From the IMG/VR virus record IMGVR_UViG_3300020180_000077, positions 1-33,419 of that record: a stretch of DNA of 33,419 nt, one strand, 5' to 3'. Source of the DNA: a virus (Duplodnaviria > Caudoviricetes). Of this stretch, positions 1-7,629 are shown one piece after another. Numbering within the stretch: position 1 is the stretch's first letter; the number at the start of each line of letters is the position of its first letter. The notes beneath the pieces were generated by a model that was not told the origin of the DNA, made no database searches, and worked only from the letters and a program-made list of their open reading frames with translations. A program made the position numbers and the translations under genes.

Positions 1-1185
1 CTTACAGACGAAGGCATTGAATATAAGACCAATCGCAGGTCTTTAATTCTGAAACATTGCCCCGATTGTGGCCGAAGTAGTTATTCGGTTTGGATGTTCA
101 GGCCCGAAGAAGGCACTAATCGTACTGGCGGTAGTTGCTGGAAATGCGGTTCTAAGTTCAGCACCTATACATACTTCGTTAAATCTGGGTATGAACCAGA
201 CGATGCCAGAAAGACACTAGGTATCGGACGACATTCGCCTGATCTACATCCTGATTCATGGAATTTACCAGATTTCAATGTTGCTTCAGAAATAGCAGAG
301 CAACTGGTGACTATGACAGAATCAAAACCAATACCAGACCATTTCATGAAAGTCCGGGACTGGCCTTATCATCCTGCGGGCAAGTACGCTCGCTCGCGAG
401 GCATAGTCGGTGAGCTGGCAGATGTTATCTATATAGATCCTTTGTCTAATGCCGTAGCGTTCCCTGTTACTTCGAACGGCATACACGTCGGGTTTCAGCG
501 ACGGTACGTTAATCCGATAAACAACATGAAAGTCAAGACCGATTCTGGAATTCCTAAATCTAGGAGCTTTATAACAGTTGGCACACCAACGCAGCAGATT
601 TGCGTCGTAGAAGGGCCTGCAGATGCTGTTGCAGCGGCTTGGTTTGGCTATTACGGGGTAGCAACCATGGGTGCATCCGTAACTAAATCCCAAGCACAAG
701 AAATTGCAATGATGGCAATGGAACAAAATTCTGATAATCCAATTGTGTTTATTGGATTCGACAAAGACGATGCTGGCGAAATAGGAGCCAGAAACCTGGC
801 TCGCTATTTAGACGCATATGGGATTAATTTCTTCAAGATAAAACCGTGTGGCGAATACAAAGATTTCGGCGATGCCTTGATTAAAGGTTCCGGGCTTGAT
901 TGGACCACTCAAGACGTTTTCCTTAATATTGATGGGTTAGTAGAACTAGAAGGGCACTGGCATTGGTCTACTCAAATGCTAGAAGGCTTTAGGTTCAAGA
1001 TTGGCACGGACTACACTTGGCAAGATTTCAAAGAAGTGAAACGGAACCACGATGACCGCCGTAGAAACCAATTGGAAACTATCAAAAAAGAAGATCCCGA
1101 GCGGCATGCCGAAATTATTAAAAAAATAGAACAACGTAAAAAAGAGCGCACGAGAGTTCTTAAAATAGAAGGTTTGCTGGATTAA
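1..1185 (+). CDS. DNA primase (Zn-binding + TOPRIM), 5'-truncated by the window edge
   Basis: Frame 1 is open from base 1 (LTDEGIEYKTNRRSLILKHCPDCGRS...), giving a CPDC...CWKC zinc-binding pair. TOPRIM motifs ICVVEGPADAVAA, GVATMGAS and FIGFDKDDAG, then KDFGD. Confidence 0.9.
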   Translation, partial: LTDEGIEYKTNRRSLILKHCPDCGRSSYSVWMFRPEEGTNRTGGSCWKCGSKFSTYTYFVKSGYEPDDARKTLGIGRHSPDLHPDSWNLPDFNVASEIAEQLVTMTESKPIPDHFMKVRDWPYHPAGKYARSRGIVGELADVIYIDPLSNAVAFPVTSNGIHVGFQRRYVNPINNMKVKTDSGIPKSRSFITVGTPTQQICVVEGPADAVAAAWFGYYGVATMGASVTKSQAQEIAMMAMEQNSDNPIVFIGFDKDDAGEIGARNLARYLDAYGINFFKIKPCGEYKDFGDALIKGSGLDWTTQDVFLNIDGLVELEGHWHWSTQMLEGFRFKIGTDYTWQDFKEVKRNHDDRRRNQLETIKKEDPERHAEIIKKIEQRKKERTRVLKIEGLLD

Positions 1186-1186
1186 T

Positions 1187-1552
1187 ATGCTATATCAACT
1201 ACGTTTTAAATCATTCATCCTGACTACAGGAACGAAGGTCGGAACAGCTACCCATACTTCTGCGTACACCCCAGTGCCTACTCCCATGACTAGGACTACA
1301 GGAACTGGCACATTCACACTAGGTCCTGTTACTACGCCCCGTGGGTATTTCGTGCTGATTCGCACTACAGGTTCTTTGAGCAAATTCGAATTAGCCGACG
1401 AAACCTTGGGAGAATGGAAGAATTCAGATTTGTCAAGTATAATGGCCACTTCTGGGGTAGAAGTGCAATGGACATCTTTAGAATCAATGGCAGAAATGTT
1501 AAAAATTTACGGTGAACATGAGCTGATTAGGTTTTTGATGAAAGATGTCTAA
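1187..1552 (+). CDS. hypothetical protein (Thr-rich N-terminal half)
   Basis: 121-aa ORF whose ATG lies 1 nt after the primase stop. No recognisable motif. Confidence 0.65.
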   Translation: MLYQLRFKSFILTTGTKVGTATHTSAYTPVPTPMTRTTGTGTFTLGPVTTPRGYFVLIRTTGSLSKFELADETLGEWKNSDLSSIMATSGVEVQWTSLESMAEMLKIYGEHELIRFLMKDV

Positions 1553-1566
1553 ATCTTTGACGATCT

Positions 1567-3087
1567 TTACGCCTTATACGGGAACATCAATTTCATTTTC
1601 CCGCAATCCCAAATCTTAAAAAGCCCATCCAATTCTGCGTGCTGATCTTCGGTCATTCCCAGAGGTGTTTCTACAGAAGACTTCTTTCTTGACTGTTTGG
1701 TTATGATTTCCATTTTCTGATTGCTGTAGAAATAGTCCGGTTTTGACATGCCAACAATCTCCCATCCTGCAGCCAAGTAACCTTTGCCATCTGAAATCGA
1801 TAGATCTGCAAAACTGAAAATATTTTCTTTAAAATGAGAAGTAGCAAGAAGCGCAATTTTAGACAGGCATCCCGACACTGTGACGCCTGACTTAAAACAA
1901 AGACGTTTCAGAAAATACTTCTCGACGAGATTCTGGCGATGCGATTTACCGAAAACTGCACAGCCTATAAGGATCCCATCTCGAAAAACTCCGATATTAA
2001 AACTACCAGCGGATGTTGAACCTTGCATGTGATGCATCTTGCAAAACTGGGAAGCAGACGCAGGGGAAATTTGTGTAAAAACACACTTTCGGCTGCCGAT
2101 TCGTTCTGGATTGAGTCGCAACGCTGATCGGATAAAATCTTTTGTCTGTTCCTGTCGCTGTGCCCAGAAACATTCAAAAATGTGGATTATACGAATCCCT
2201 TTTTTACGAAAAAAGGCGGTTTTAGCTGCATGATAGGACGGCTTTTTATATTTAGTAGAATGCCAATAAACACCGTTGTATTCAAACCCGAGATTAAGAG
2301 CTGGAACATATACATCAATTTCGAAGCCAGAGTCGTTATGTTTCACAGTTTCTATTCCAAGAGAATTAATCCAATCTTTCAATTCCTTTTCACCTTTTGA
2401 TTCAACAATAGAACCAACAGGGAATGTATCAGAACCATACTTTGACTGGCAGGTGAGCTTGGATTTTTCTTGAAATTGTGAAACAGCAAACGCAGAACGC
2501 TCACCATATTTTTCCAACATGACTTCTTGAGCCTGTTTATTGGCGTTTTTGTGCCATGCGTGCTCCGTCGAATCTCCTGTGCGGTGCACAAAGCTTTCTT
2601 GGGCTTTAACATATCCAAGTTTTGACAATGCAATCGTTCTAGAATCTTTAGACGTGAATCTCCCATCATTGGAGCATTTTTCAGAAGGATGAAGGGACTT
2701 CTTGGCTTTAGCTACTGCTTTTGGTGTAGCAATAAACGATCCATGCGTCTCGTCTAGAATCGAACATGGTTTGTGGAATGCCTTATAGGAATCAGCAACA
2801 ATGGCAACACCAGGAGGCATTAAAGATTGTGCATGATCATACGAATAGCGGTTCTTTTCACTCAACACCCGTTTCTTATTTTCGGTCCACCAATCAGGAT
2901 GTCTTTTGCTGCTCCTAGCAATCGAAAACGGAGTTGATTGAAAGATTCCAAAGTCTTTATCGACAAAAAGCGCTGTTTTACTGAAAGAAACAAATGAAGA
3001 TTCTATCAATGACACGTCTGATCTGCTGGACAATAATTCCAGCGCTGCCTCTAAACTAATAGAATTGTGAGCTTTTTGCTTTTTCAT
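1567..3087 (-). CDS. Hef-like homing endonuclease 1 (variable N-terminus + Vsr/DUF559-like nuclease + Mom-like GNAT C-terminus)
   Basis: Nuclease motifs SKGEKEL...EIDVYVP...FEYNGVYWHS...YHAAKT...GIRIIHIFE. C-terminal motifs LKRLC...IFSFADLSISDGKGY...GW...PDYFY...IWDCGK. Start is uncertain (ATG 3087 or 3126); the ORF-track start at 3261 overlaps the capsid gene. Confidence 0.8.
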   Translation of the reverse strand: MKKQKAHNSISLEAALELLSSRSDVSLIESSFVSFSKTALFVDKDFGIFQSTPFSIARSSKRHPDWWTENKKRVLSEKNRYSYDHAQSLMPPGVAIVADSYKAFHKPCSILDETHGSFIATPKAVAKAKKSLHPSEKCSNDGRFTSKDSRTIALSKLGYVKAQESFVHRTGDSTEHAWHKNANKQAQEVMLEKYGERSAFAVSQFQEKSKLTCQSKYGSDTFPVGSIVESKGEKELKDWINSLGIETVKHNDSGFEIDVYVPALNLGFEYNGVYWHSTKYKKPSYHAAKTAFFRKKGIRIIHIFECFWAQRQEQTKDFIRSALRLNPERIGSRKCVFTQISPASASQFCKMHHMQGSTSAGSFNIGVFRDGILIGCAVFGKSHRQNLVEKYFLKRLCFKSGVTVSGCLSKIALLATSHFKENIFSFADLSISDGKGYLAAGWEIVGMSKPDYFYSNQKMEIITKQSRKKSSVETPLGMTEDQHAELDGLFKIWDCGKMKLMFPYKA

Positions 3088-3121
3088 TTCTTCATCTGTC
3101 TCGTTGTTCCTATTTAACGTA

Positions 3122-3167
3122 ATCATAACATGTTTTTTCTTGAATTCAAACCATTGATGTATATAAT
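3122..3167. promoter_or_regulatory. divergent sigma70-like promoters sharing the palindrome TTGAATTCAA
   Basis: Plus strand: TTGAAT (3140-3145), 16 nt, TATAAT (3162-3167), toward the capsid gene. Minus strand: TTGAAT (3149-3144), 16 nt, TATGAT (3127-3122) with an extended -10 TG, toward endonuclease 1. Confidence 0.5.
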
Positions 3168-3175
3168 GAATTCTG

Positions 3176-3212
3176 TAGACATCGCGGAGATGTCTAAGAT
3201 TCGTTTTAGACA
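3176..3212 (+). promoter_or_regulatory. two overlapping, mutually exclusive hairpins in the capsid 5' leader
   Basis: TAGACATC-GCGGA-GATGTCTA (3176-3196) and TGTCTAAGA-TTCG-TTTTAGACA (3191-3212) share TGTCTA. Confidence 0.55.
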
Positions 3213-3234
3213 AATCCCTTTTATGGAGTCCCTT

Positions 3235-4743
3235 ATGTCGTTTAGTCCCCTTAACAGTCAAGAGCTACAGGTAATCGCCAGCAAACTAGAATCGTTGAAT
3301 AAATCTTTTGCCGCGGGATTTCCGGGGCTCGCGAATGCAGGGCGCACTGGCACATCTGCTATTGCGATCGATTCGCTAGACAGCGTTGTTCGTTCGATTA
3401 CTCTCGAAGACGAAGATTTCCTCCTCACGAAGGAAATCCAGACAATGAAGGCTACACAGTCTACATTCAGCTATGTTATCAAGACAGCTACCCGTTCCGG
3501 TGTCGATACCTGGGGTATCGAGACTTTCCTGCCACAAGAAGACATCGGTCAGTACATGCGTGTTGCTGAAGTCCTTCGTGTACAGGGCATCCGCAAGACC
3601 ATTACCCACATGGCACAGTTGATCAACGACGCAGGCGGCTATATGCTCGACCTCGAAGCTGAAAACGACAAGAACGCAGCTATGTCCATGGCTGAAGGAC
3701 TTGAGCGCGCTCTTTATGTCGGTGGTGACCTCTATCTCGCCGCTGATGGCTCGATCGACTCCATGCTCGCTGCTAACCAGAACGCACCAGTTCGCCACAT
3801 CCGCGGAATCCAGGCTCAGATCCGTGAAGGAAACAAGTCTGCTCGCGGTATCATCGGTGACTTCGTTGGCTACGGTAACAACCGCGCTACAATGTTCGAC
3901 GCCAAGGGCTCTGTCCTTAGCCGCCAGCTTGTTGACAAGGTAGTTGCTTCGGTTCGCGAAAACCGTGGTCGCATCGTAGAAGCTCACTGTACAGTTGACC
4001 AGCTTCGCCATTTCCGCGCTACGTTCTTCCCGTTCGAACGCGGGGACATCGGTTCCAGCTACGCCATCCGTGGTGCAGGCGTCGAAGCTGAACCTAAGTC
4101 CGGCTTCTCGCTTTCCTCGGTTGTTGGTGAAGTTCAGTTCATCCCGTCGGTATTCAAGTATACTCGTTCGTTCCCACAGCCACTCTTCACTTCTGCTGGA
4201 AATCCTCCTGTAGTCGGTACAGTTGTTGCCGCTGCTCAACAAGCTGGCGTTACCACTTTCAAAGCTGGTGATGTTGTTCGTTATGTAGTTCAGGCAGTTT
4301 CGATTCTCGGCATGAGCGACGTTTCTGTTGAAGTAGCTCAGACTGTTGCTGCTGACGGCAACAAGCTAGTTCTTTCGGTCCCTGCTTCTGCTACTGCAGA
4401 AGAGTTCCATGTCTACCGTACAGAAGTTGGCGGTGCTACTGGCACTTGGAAATTCTGCGGCAAAGTCATTGCAGCTCGCGGTTCAGCTACTCTCTTCGTT
4501 GACGCTCAAGCTATCCTTCCAGGACTTGACAGTATCGTGTTCCTTCCTAAGGCTCAGTTCCGCGCGAAACTCGCAGTTCTCGGTCAGATGGTAAGCAAGA
4601 TGAAGCTTGGACTCCGCGGATTGGTCGAAGAAACCGTCTATGTTTCTTACCTTGCTTGCGTACTCGAATATGTTCGTCATCATGGCCTCCTCGACAACGT
4701 GTTCCACGAACTCCAAGACGAGCAGTACGGTATCGCTCCTTAA
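3235..4743 (+). CDS. major capsid protein (Twort/K/SPO1-like, with inserted Ig/FN3-like domain)
   Basis: GGAG RBS at 3225-3228 precedes ATG 3235 (502 aa). N-terminal LNKSFAAG...AIAIDSLDSVVRSITLEDEDF resembles Twort-like capsid proteins. Inserted domain YVVQAVS...S...FHVYRTE...FVD...LPG. Strong high-expression codon bias. Confidence 0.9.
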   Translation: MSFSPLNSQELQVIASKLESLNKSFAAGFPGLANAGRTGTSAIAIDSLDSVVRSITLEDEDFLLTKEIQTMKATQSTFSYVIKTATRSGVDTWGIETFLPQEDIGQYMRVAEVLRVQGIRKTITHMAQLINDAGGYMLDLEAENDKNAAMSMAEGLERALYVGGDLYLAADGSIDSMLAANQNAPVRHIRGIQAQIREGNKSARGIIGDFVGYGNNRATMFDAKGSVLSRQLVDKVVASVRENRGRIVEAHCTVDQLRHFRATFFPFERGDIGSSYAIRGAGVEAEPKSGFSLSSVVGEVQFIPSVFKYTRSFPQPLFTSAGNPPVVGTVVAAAQQAGVTTFKAGDVVRYVVQAVSILGMSDVSVEVAQTVAADGNKLVLSVPASATAEEFHVYRTEVGGATGTWKFCGKVIAARGSATLFVDAQAILPGLDSIVFLPKAQFRAKLAVLGQMVSKMKLGLRGLVEETVYVSYLACVLEYVRHHGLLDNVFHELQDEQYGIAP

Positions 4744-4763
4744 TCAGCTAGCTGGTTACAATT

Positions 4764-4794
4764 AAACCCACATCTTTTGATGTGGGTTTTTTTT
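4764..4794 (+). terminator. intrinsic terminator after the capsid gene
   Basis: AAACCCACATC-TTTT-GATGTGGGTTT followed by a T-run. Confidence 0.9.
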
Positions 4795-4819
4795 ATACTC
4801 AAAACTAAAGCTTTGTGGT

Positions 4820-4840
4820 ATCCTCTATAAACAGAGGGAT
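4820..4840 (+). promoter_or_regulatory. RBS-masking hairpin before endonuclease 2
   Basis: TCCTCT-ATAAAC-AGAGGG. The 3' arm is the RBS of ATG 4842, and TATAAAC spans the end of the 5' arm and the loop. Confidence 0.5.
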
Positions 4841-4841
4841 C

Positions 4842-6332
4842 ATGAATTTACAAGAATTGAAAATAACTGATCCGATAAAAGATCGATACGAATACGCAGA
4901 ATATGTGATTTCCCAATGTAGTGATTGTGGAACATCCGGAAGAAATAAAGTCGGTAATCTGATAGCACGATTAAAATCCAAAGGGTATCCCTGGGCTTGC
5001 ATCGTATGTCAAAAGAAAAGAGCCTCAGAAGCTGCGAAAATAAGAGAATCTAAATATTCATCAGAAGAGAAAACAGCCAAGGCTCGAAAATCTCTAGAAA
5101 TGTTTCGGTTGAAAACTGGACTAAACAATCCTATGGATTTGTCTGGAGCTAGAGATGTTCAAAAACAAGCAACGAGTACTGAATCTTTCAGAAAGAATTG
5201 TTCAGATCGTAACAACAGGTTGAACCTAGATCCAGAATATAAAAAGAAACTGAGCGAAGGGCAGCTCAAAAGGATTGCAGAAAACCCAGAACAAGCCCTA
5301 GAACAAACAAAGAAATTATTAGCTGCTTCTAGAAGCACAGAGGCGCGGACGAAAACAGGTATAGCAATATCAAAGATTTTCGTCGAACAACCAGAACGAA
5401 TGGAAAACGGTACGCTGGAATTACATAAGTGGAATACAGATCCAGAATTAAAATTCGAGCGGTATAAACGATTGCAAGAATCCAACCGAGCTAATGATTT
5501 CACTTCTAAAGGCGAAAAAGAAGTTCTCACTTTTATACATACGTTGTTTCCAGATGCCAAAAAGGGATTCGTAGGGAATAAAGAAGTAGATATCAAAATA
5601 GAAGAAAAGAAACTCTGTATAGAATACAACGGCACATATTGGCATTCTGAAAAAAAAGTAGGTAAAACTTACCATTTCGATAAAACCGTAATGTGCGAGA
5701 AACATGGCTATCGCCTGATCCATATATTTGATTTCGAATGGGCGACTAGGAAGCTGCAAGTAATAGACTTCATTAAGTCTGCTCTTGGAGTGAATGAGAA
5801 AATAGGGGCACGGAAATGTGTGCTCAAGGTTGTAGATAGGGCGGATGCTATTAGCTTCATTAGCCATAACCACATACAAGGCTCTATAACACACGGTTTG
5901 AACCTATGTTTAGGCTTGTACTACAACGATGAATTAATATCAGTAGCTACGTTCGGAAAGCATCATCGCGGGAATGGCGAATGGATTCTGAATAGGTTTT
6001 GCTGTAAACACGGGGTGAATGTAGTAGGTGGACTCAGTCGTTTAAGCAAGAGAGCTTCAGAAACGCTGGAATCAGACATATATTCATGGGCAGATAGAAG
6101 ATTTTCCCAAGGCACTGGTTACTTAGCATCGGGGTGGGAAATCTCAAGCGAATTGCAGCCAGATTACTTCTATATTAAAGAAGGTGAAGCCGTGGCTAAA
6201 CAGTCCCGGATGAAATCCAAGATGAACACGCCTACAGGTATGACAGAAGCGCAACACGCTGCGCTAGACGGGCTAGAGAAAGTCTGGGACTGCGGCAAGA
6301 TCAAAATGATATTTAAACGTATTGGGCGATGA
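4842..6332 (+). CDS. Hef-like homing endonuclease 2 (Zn finger/helical N-terminus + nuclease + Mom-like GNAT)
   Basis: AGAGGG RBS before ATG 4842. N-terminal CSDC...CIVC. Nuclease SKGEKEV...EVDI...IEYNGTYWHS...YHFDKT...GYRLIHIFDFEW. C-terminal LNRFC...GGLSRL...IYSWADRRFSQGTGY...GW...PDYFY...VWDCGK. Confidence 0.85.
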   Translation: MNLQELKITDPIKDRYEYAEYVISQCSDCGTSGRNKVGNLIARLKSKGYPWACIVCQKKRASEAAKIRESKYSSEEKTAKARKSLEMFRLKTGLNNPMDLSGARDVQKQATSTESFRKNCSDRNNRLNLDPEYKKKLSEGQLKRIAENPEQALEQTKKLLAASRSTEARTKTGIAISKIFVEQPERMENGTLELHKWNTDPELKFERYKRLQESNRANDFTSKGEKEVLTFIHTLFPDAKKGFVGNKEVDIKIEEKKLCIEYNGTYWHSEKKVGKTYHFDKTVMCEKHGYRLIHIFDFEWATRKLQVIDFIKSALGVNEKIGARKCVLKVVDRADAISFISHNHIQGSITHGLNLCLGLYYNDELISVATFGKHHRGNGEWILNRFCCKHGVNVVGGLSRLSKRASETLESDIYSWADRRFSQGTGYLASGWEISSELQPDYFYIKEGEAVAKQSRMKSKMNTPTGMTEAQHAALDGLEKVWDCGKIKMIFKRIGR

Positions 6333-6591
6333 AATGTTGCAGCACAAACGGTTCTGGGTCTAAAGCAAGACGTGACAATAGATCTTCGATGCTGTAGAAA
6401 ACCTCACCAGTTTCGTTGCCTCGGAATGGTCCAGGAAGGTCGAAATAACCATCCATAGTAAACGAATAGACTCGGGTCTTAGTGTTACCACGAGGTGAAA
6501 TCGTAGTTACGGCTATGCCTTGAGTTTGCGGGTAAAACACATACACCCTGAGCTTACTTGTTTTTTTCCGCCCAGTGTTTGTGGATTCCAA
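6313..6591 (-). CDS. hypothetical protein
   Basis: Last ORF of the minus-strand small-gene operon, filling the gap before endonuclease 2. Start uncertain (TTG 6591 or GTG 6546). Confidence 0.5.
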   Translation of the reverse strand: MESTNTGRKKTSKLRVYVFYPQTQGIAVTTISPRGNTKTRVYSFTMDGYFDLPGPFRGNETGEVFYSIEDLLSRLALDPEPFVLQHFIAQYV

Positions 6592-7183
6592 TGAGAGCCT
6601 CCAGGGTCAAATTCATTTCATCTTTAACGTCCATGAGAGCATCGTGGTGCGTACCGGCAGGTTGCTTTGTTGCCGATTTGACTTTATCCATAGAAGGCAA
6701 ACGGCCAGCAGTAGACTCACGCGCCAACGCACAATACATCAACGCAAAATCTTGGCACTTGAACGGAGTCAGGCCAATGGCTTTACGGACATGTTCCGAG
6801 AAGCAATTGTAGTCAAATTCGGGGTTCCTGCCTACCATGGTCCAACCAGGAAATCCACCGCCTGGATAACATCCCTGGCTCTGGAACCATGCGATAGTGC
6901 GCTCCTCAAATTGCTCTAAAGAAAAGATTTCGTGCGGACATTCAGTCTTGCCTAGAATCCAATCGAACGCTTCAGGCGTGTGCTGTGTAGTGAAATCGAT
7001 AGAGCGTTTCGGTATGACGCTCATATCTCTACCTCGCCAATCGATGATACCTGAAAAGAATGCAGCCTTTTTCCAAAATTCAGGCGTTGAAGTATCCATG
7101 GTGCCGTATGCGAACTGCCAAATATTCTGTGGCGTCCCGGGAATCCCAAAAGTTTCAAAATCAATAAAAACTAATTTTGCCAT
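6554..7183 (-). CDS. DEDDh 3'-5' exonuclease (DnaQ/oligoribonuclease-like)
   Basis: ExoI VFIDFETFG, ExoII GRNPEFDY, ExoIII HHDALMD. ATG 7183 overlaps the upstream stop (TAATG). Confidence 0.85.
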   Translation of the reverse strand: MAKLVFIDFETFGIPGTPQNIWQFAYGTMDTSTPEFWKKAAFFSGIIDWRGRDMSVIPKRSIDFTTQHTPEAFDWILGKTECPHEIFSLEQFEERTIAWFQSQGCYPGGGFPGWTMVGRNPEFDYNCFSEHVRKAIGLTPFKCQDFALMYCALARESTAGRLPSMDKVKSATKQPAGTHHDALMDVKDEMNLTLEALIGIHKHWAEKNK

Positions 7184-7629
7184 TATTCTGAATCTTTGCA
7201 TTGTAAGGCAGTGATGCCATGTTTTCTGAACATATCACAATTACTCTTTTTATCGTCAATAGCAAATTCTATCAAAAAAGCAGGGAGAATTTTGCTGACT
7301 AGCAGTTCCTCTTTGATGATATGGTCGCTCGAGAAGTCTTTCGGGGTTCTCATGAACAGATGTGTAATAGGGAAGTAGAAAGCTTTGTTTAGCCAGGCTA
7401 GGGTAGCCGCCCTCGTGCGTGCAGAATCGTCTCTCGCCGTTAAAAACACTATTTCGTAACCAGCTTTATGGTACAAGTCAACTAACTTGGCACACCACAC
7501 AAATTCTTTGGCTGTGATGTTTTTTTCGTTATATTCTTCCCAATCAATCAAGGCGTATTGATCGGGTGATATGGGTGGCGTGTCTATGAGCGTGCCGTCA
7601 AGATCAATGATGATTGCGTTCTTCTTCAT
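7183..7629 (-). CDS. HAD phosphatase (stand-alone PseT/polynucleotide 3'-phosphatase-like domain)
   Basis: IIIDLDGTL, VFLTAR, LFMR...D...D.IIK, FAIDDK...MFRKHGI. ATG 7629 overlaps the upstream stop (ATGA). Confidence 0.85.
   Translation of the reverse strand: MKKNAIIIDLDGTLIDTPPISPDQYALIDWEEYNEKNITAKEFVWCAKLVDLYHKAGYEIVFLTARDDSARTRAATLAWLNKAFYFPITHLFMRTPKDFSSDHIIKEELLVSKILPAFLIEFAIDDKKSNCDMFRKHGITALQCKDSE

Noticed and set aside
1223-1371. ACTACAGG three times at ~70-nt spacing next to the primase (possible iterons or array)
   Set aside because: Only 8 nt long and in frame as Thr-Thr-Gly codons; no AT-rich unwinding region or longer repeat.
3130-3261. Apparent head-to-head overlap of the capsid gene and endonuclease 1 in the ORF track
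   Set aside because: Artefact of longest-ORF starts. The RBS supports 3235 for the capsid gene, and the interval holds promoter-like boxes and hairpins.
3376-4242. 288-aa antisense ORF inside the capsid gene
   Set aside because: Shadow frame of a strongly codon-biased gene; no RBS or motif.
1553-6332. Composite transposon interpretation of endonuclease-capsid-endonuclease
   Set aside because: No terminal inverted repeats, target duplication or transposase motifs seen, and the two genes have unrelated N-terminal halves.
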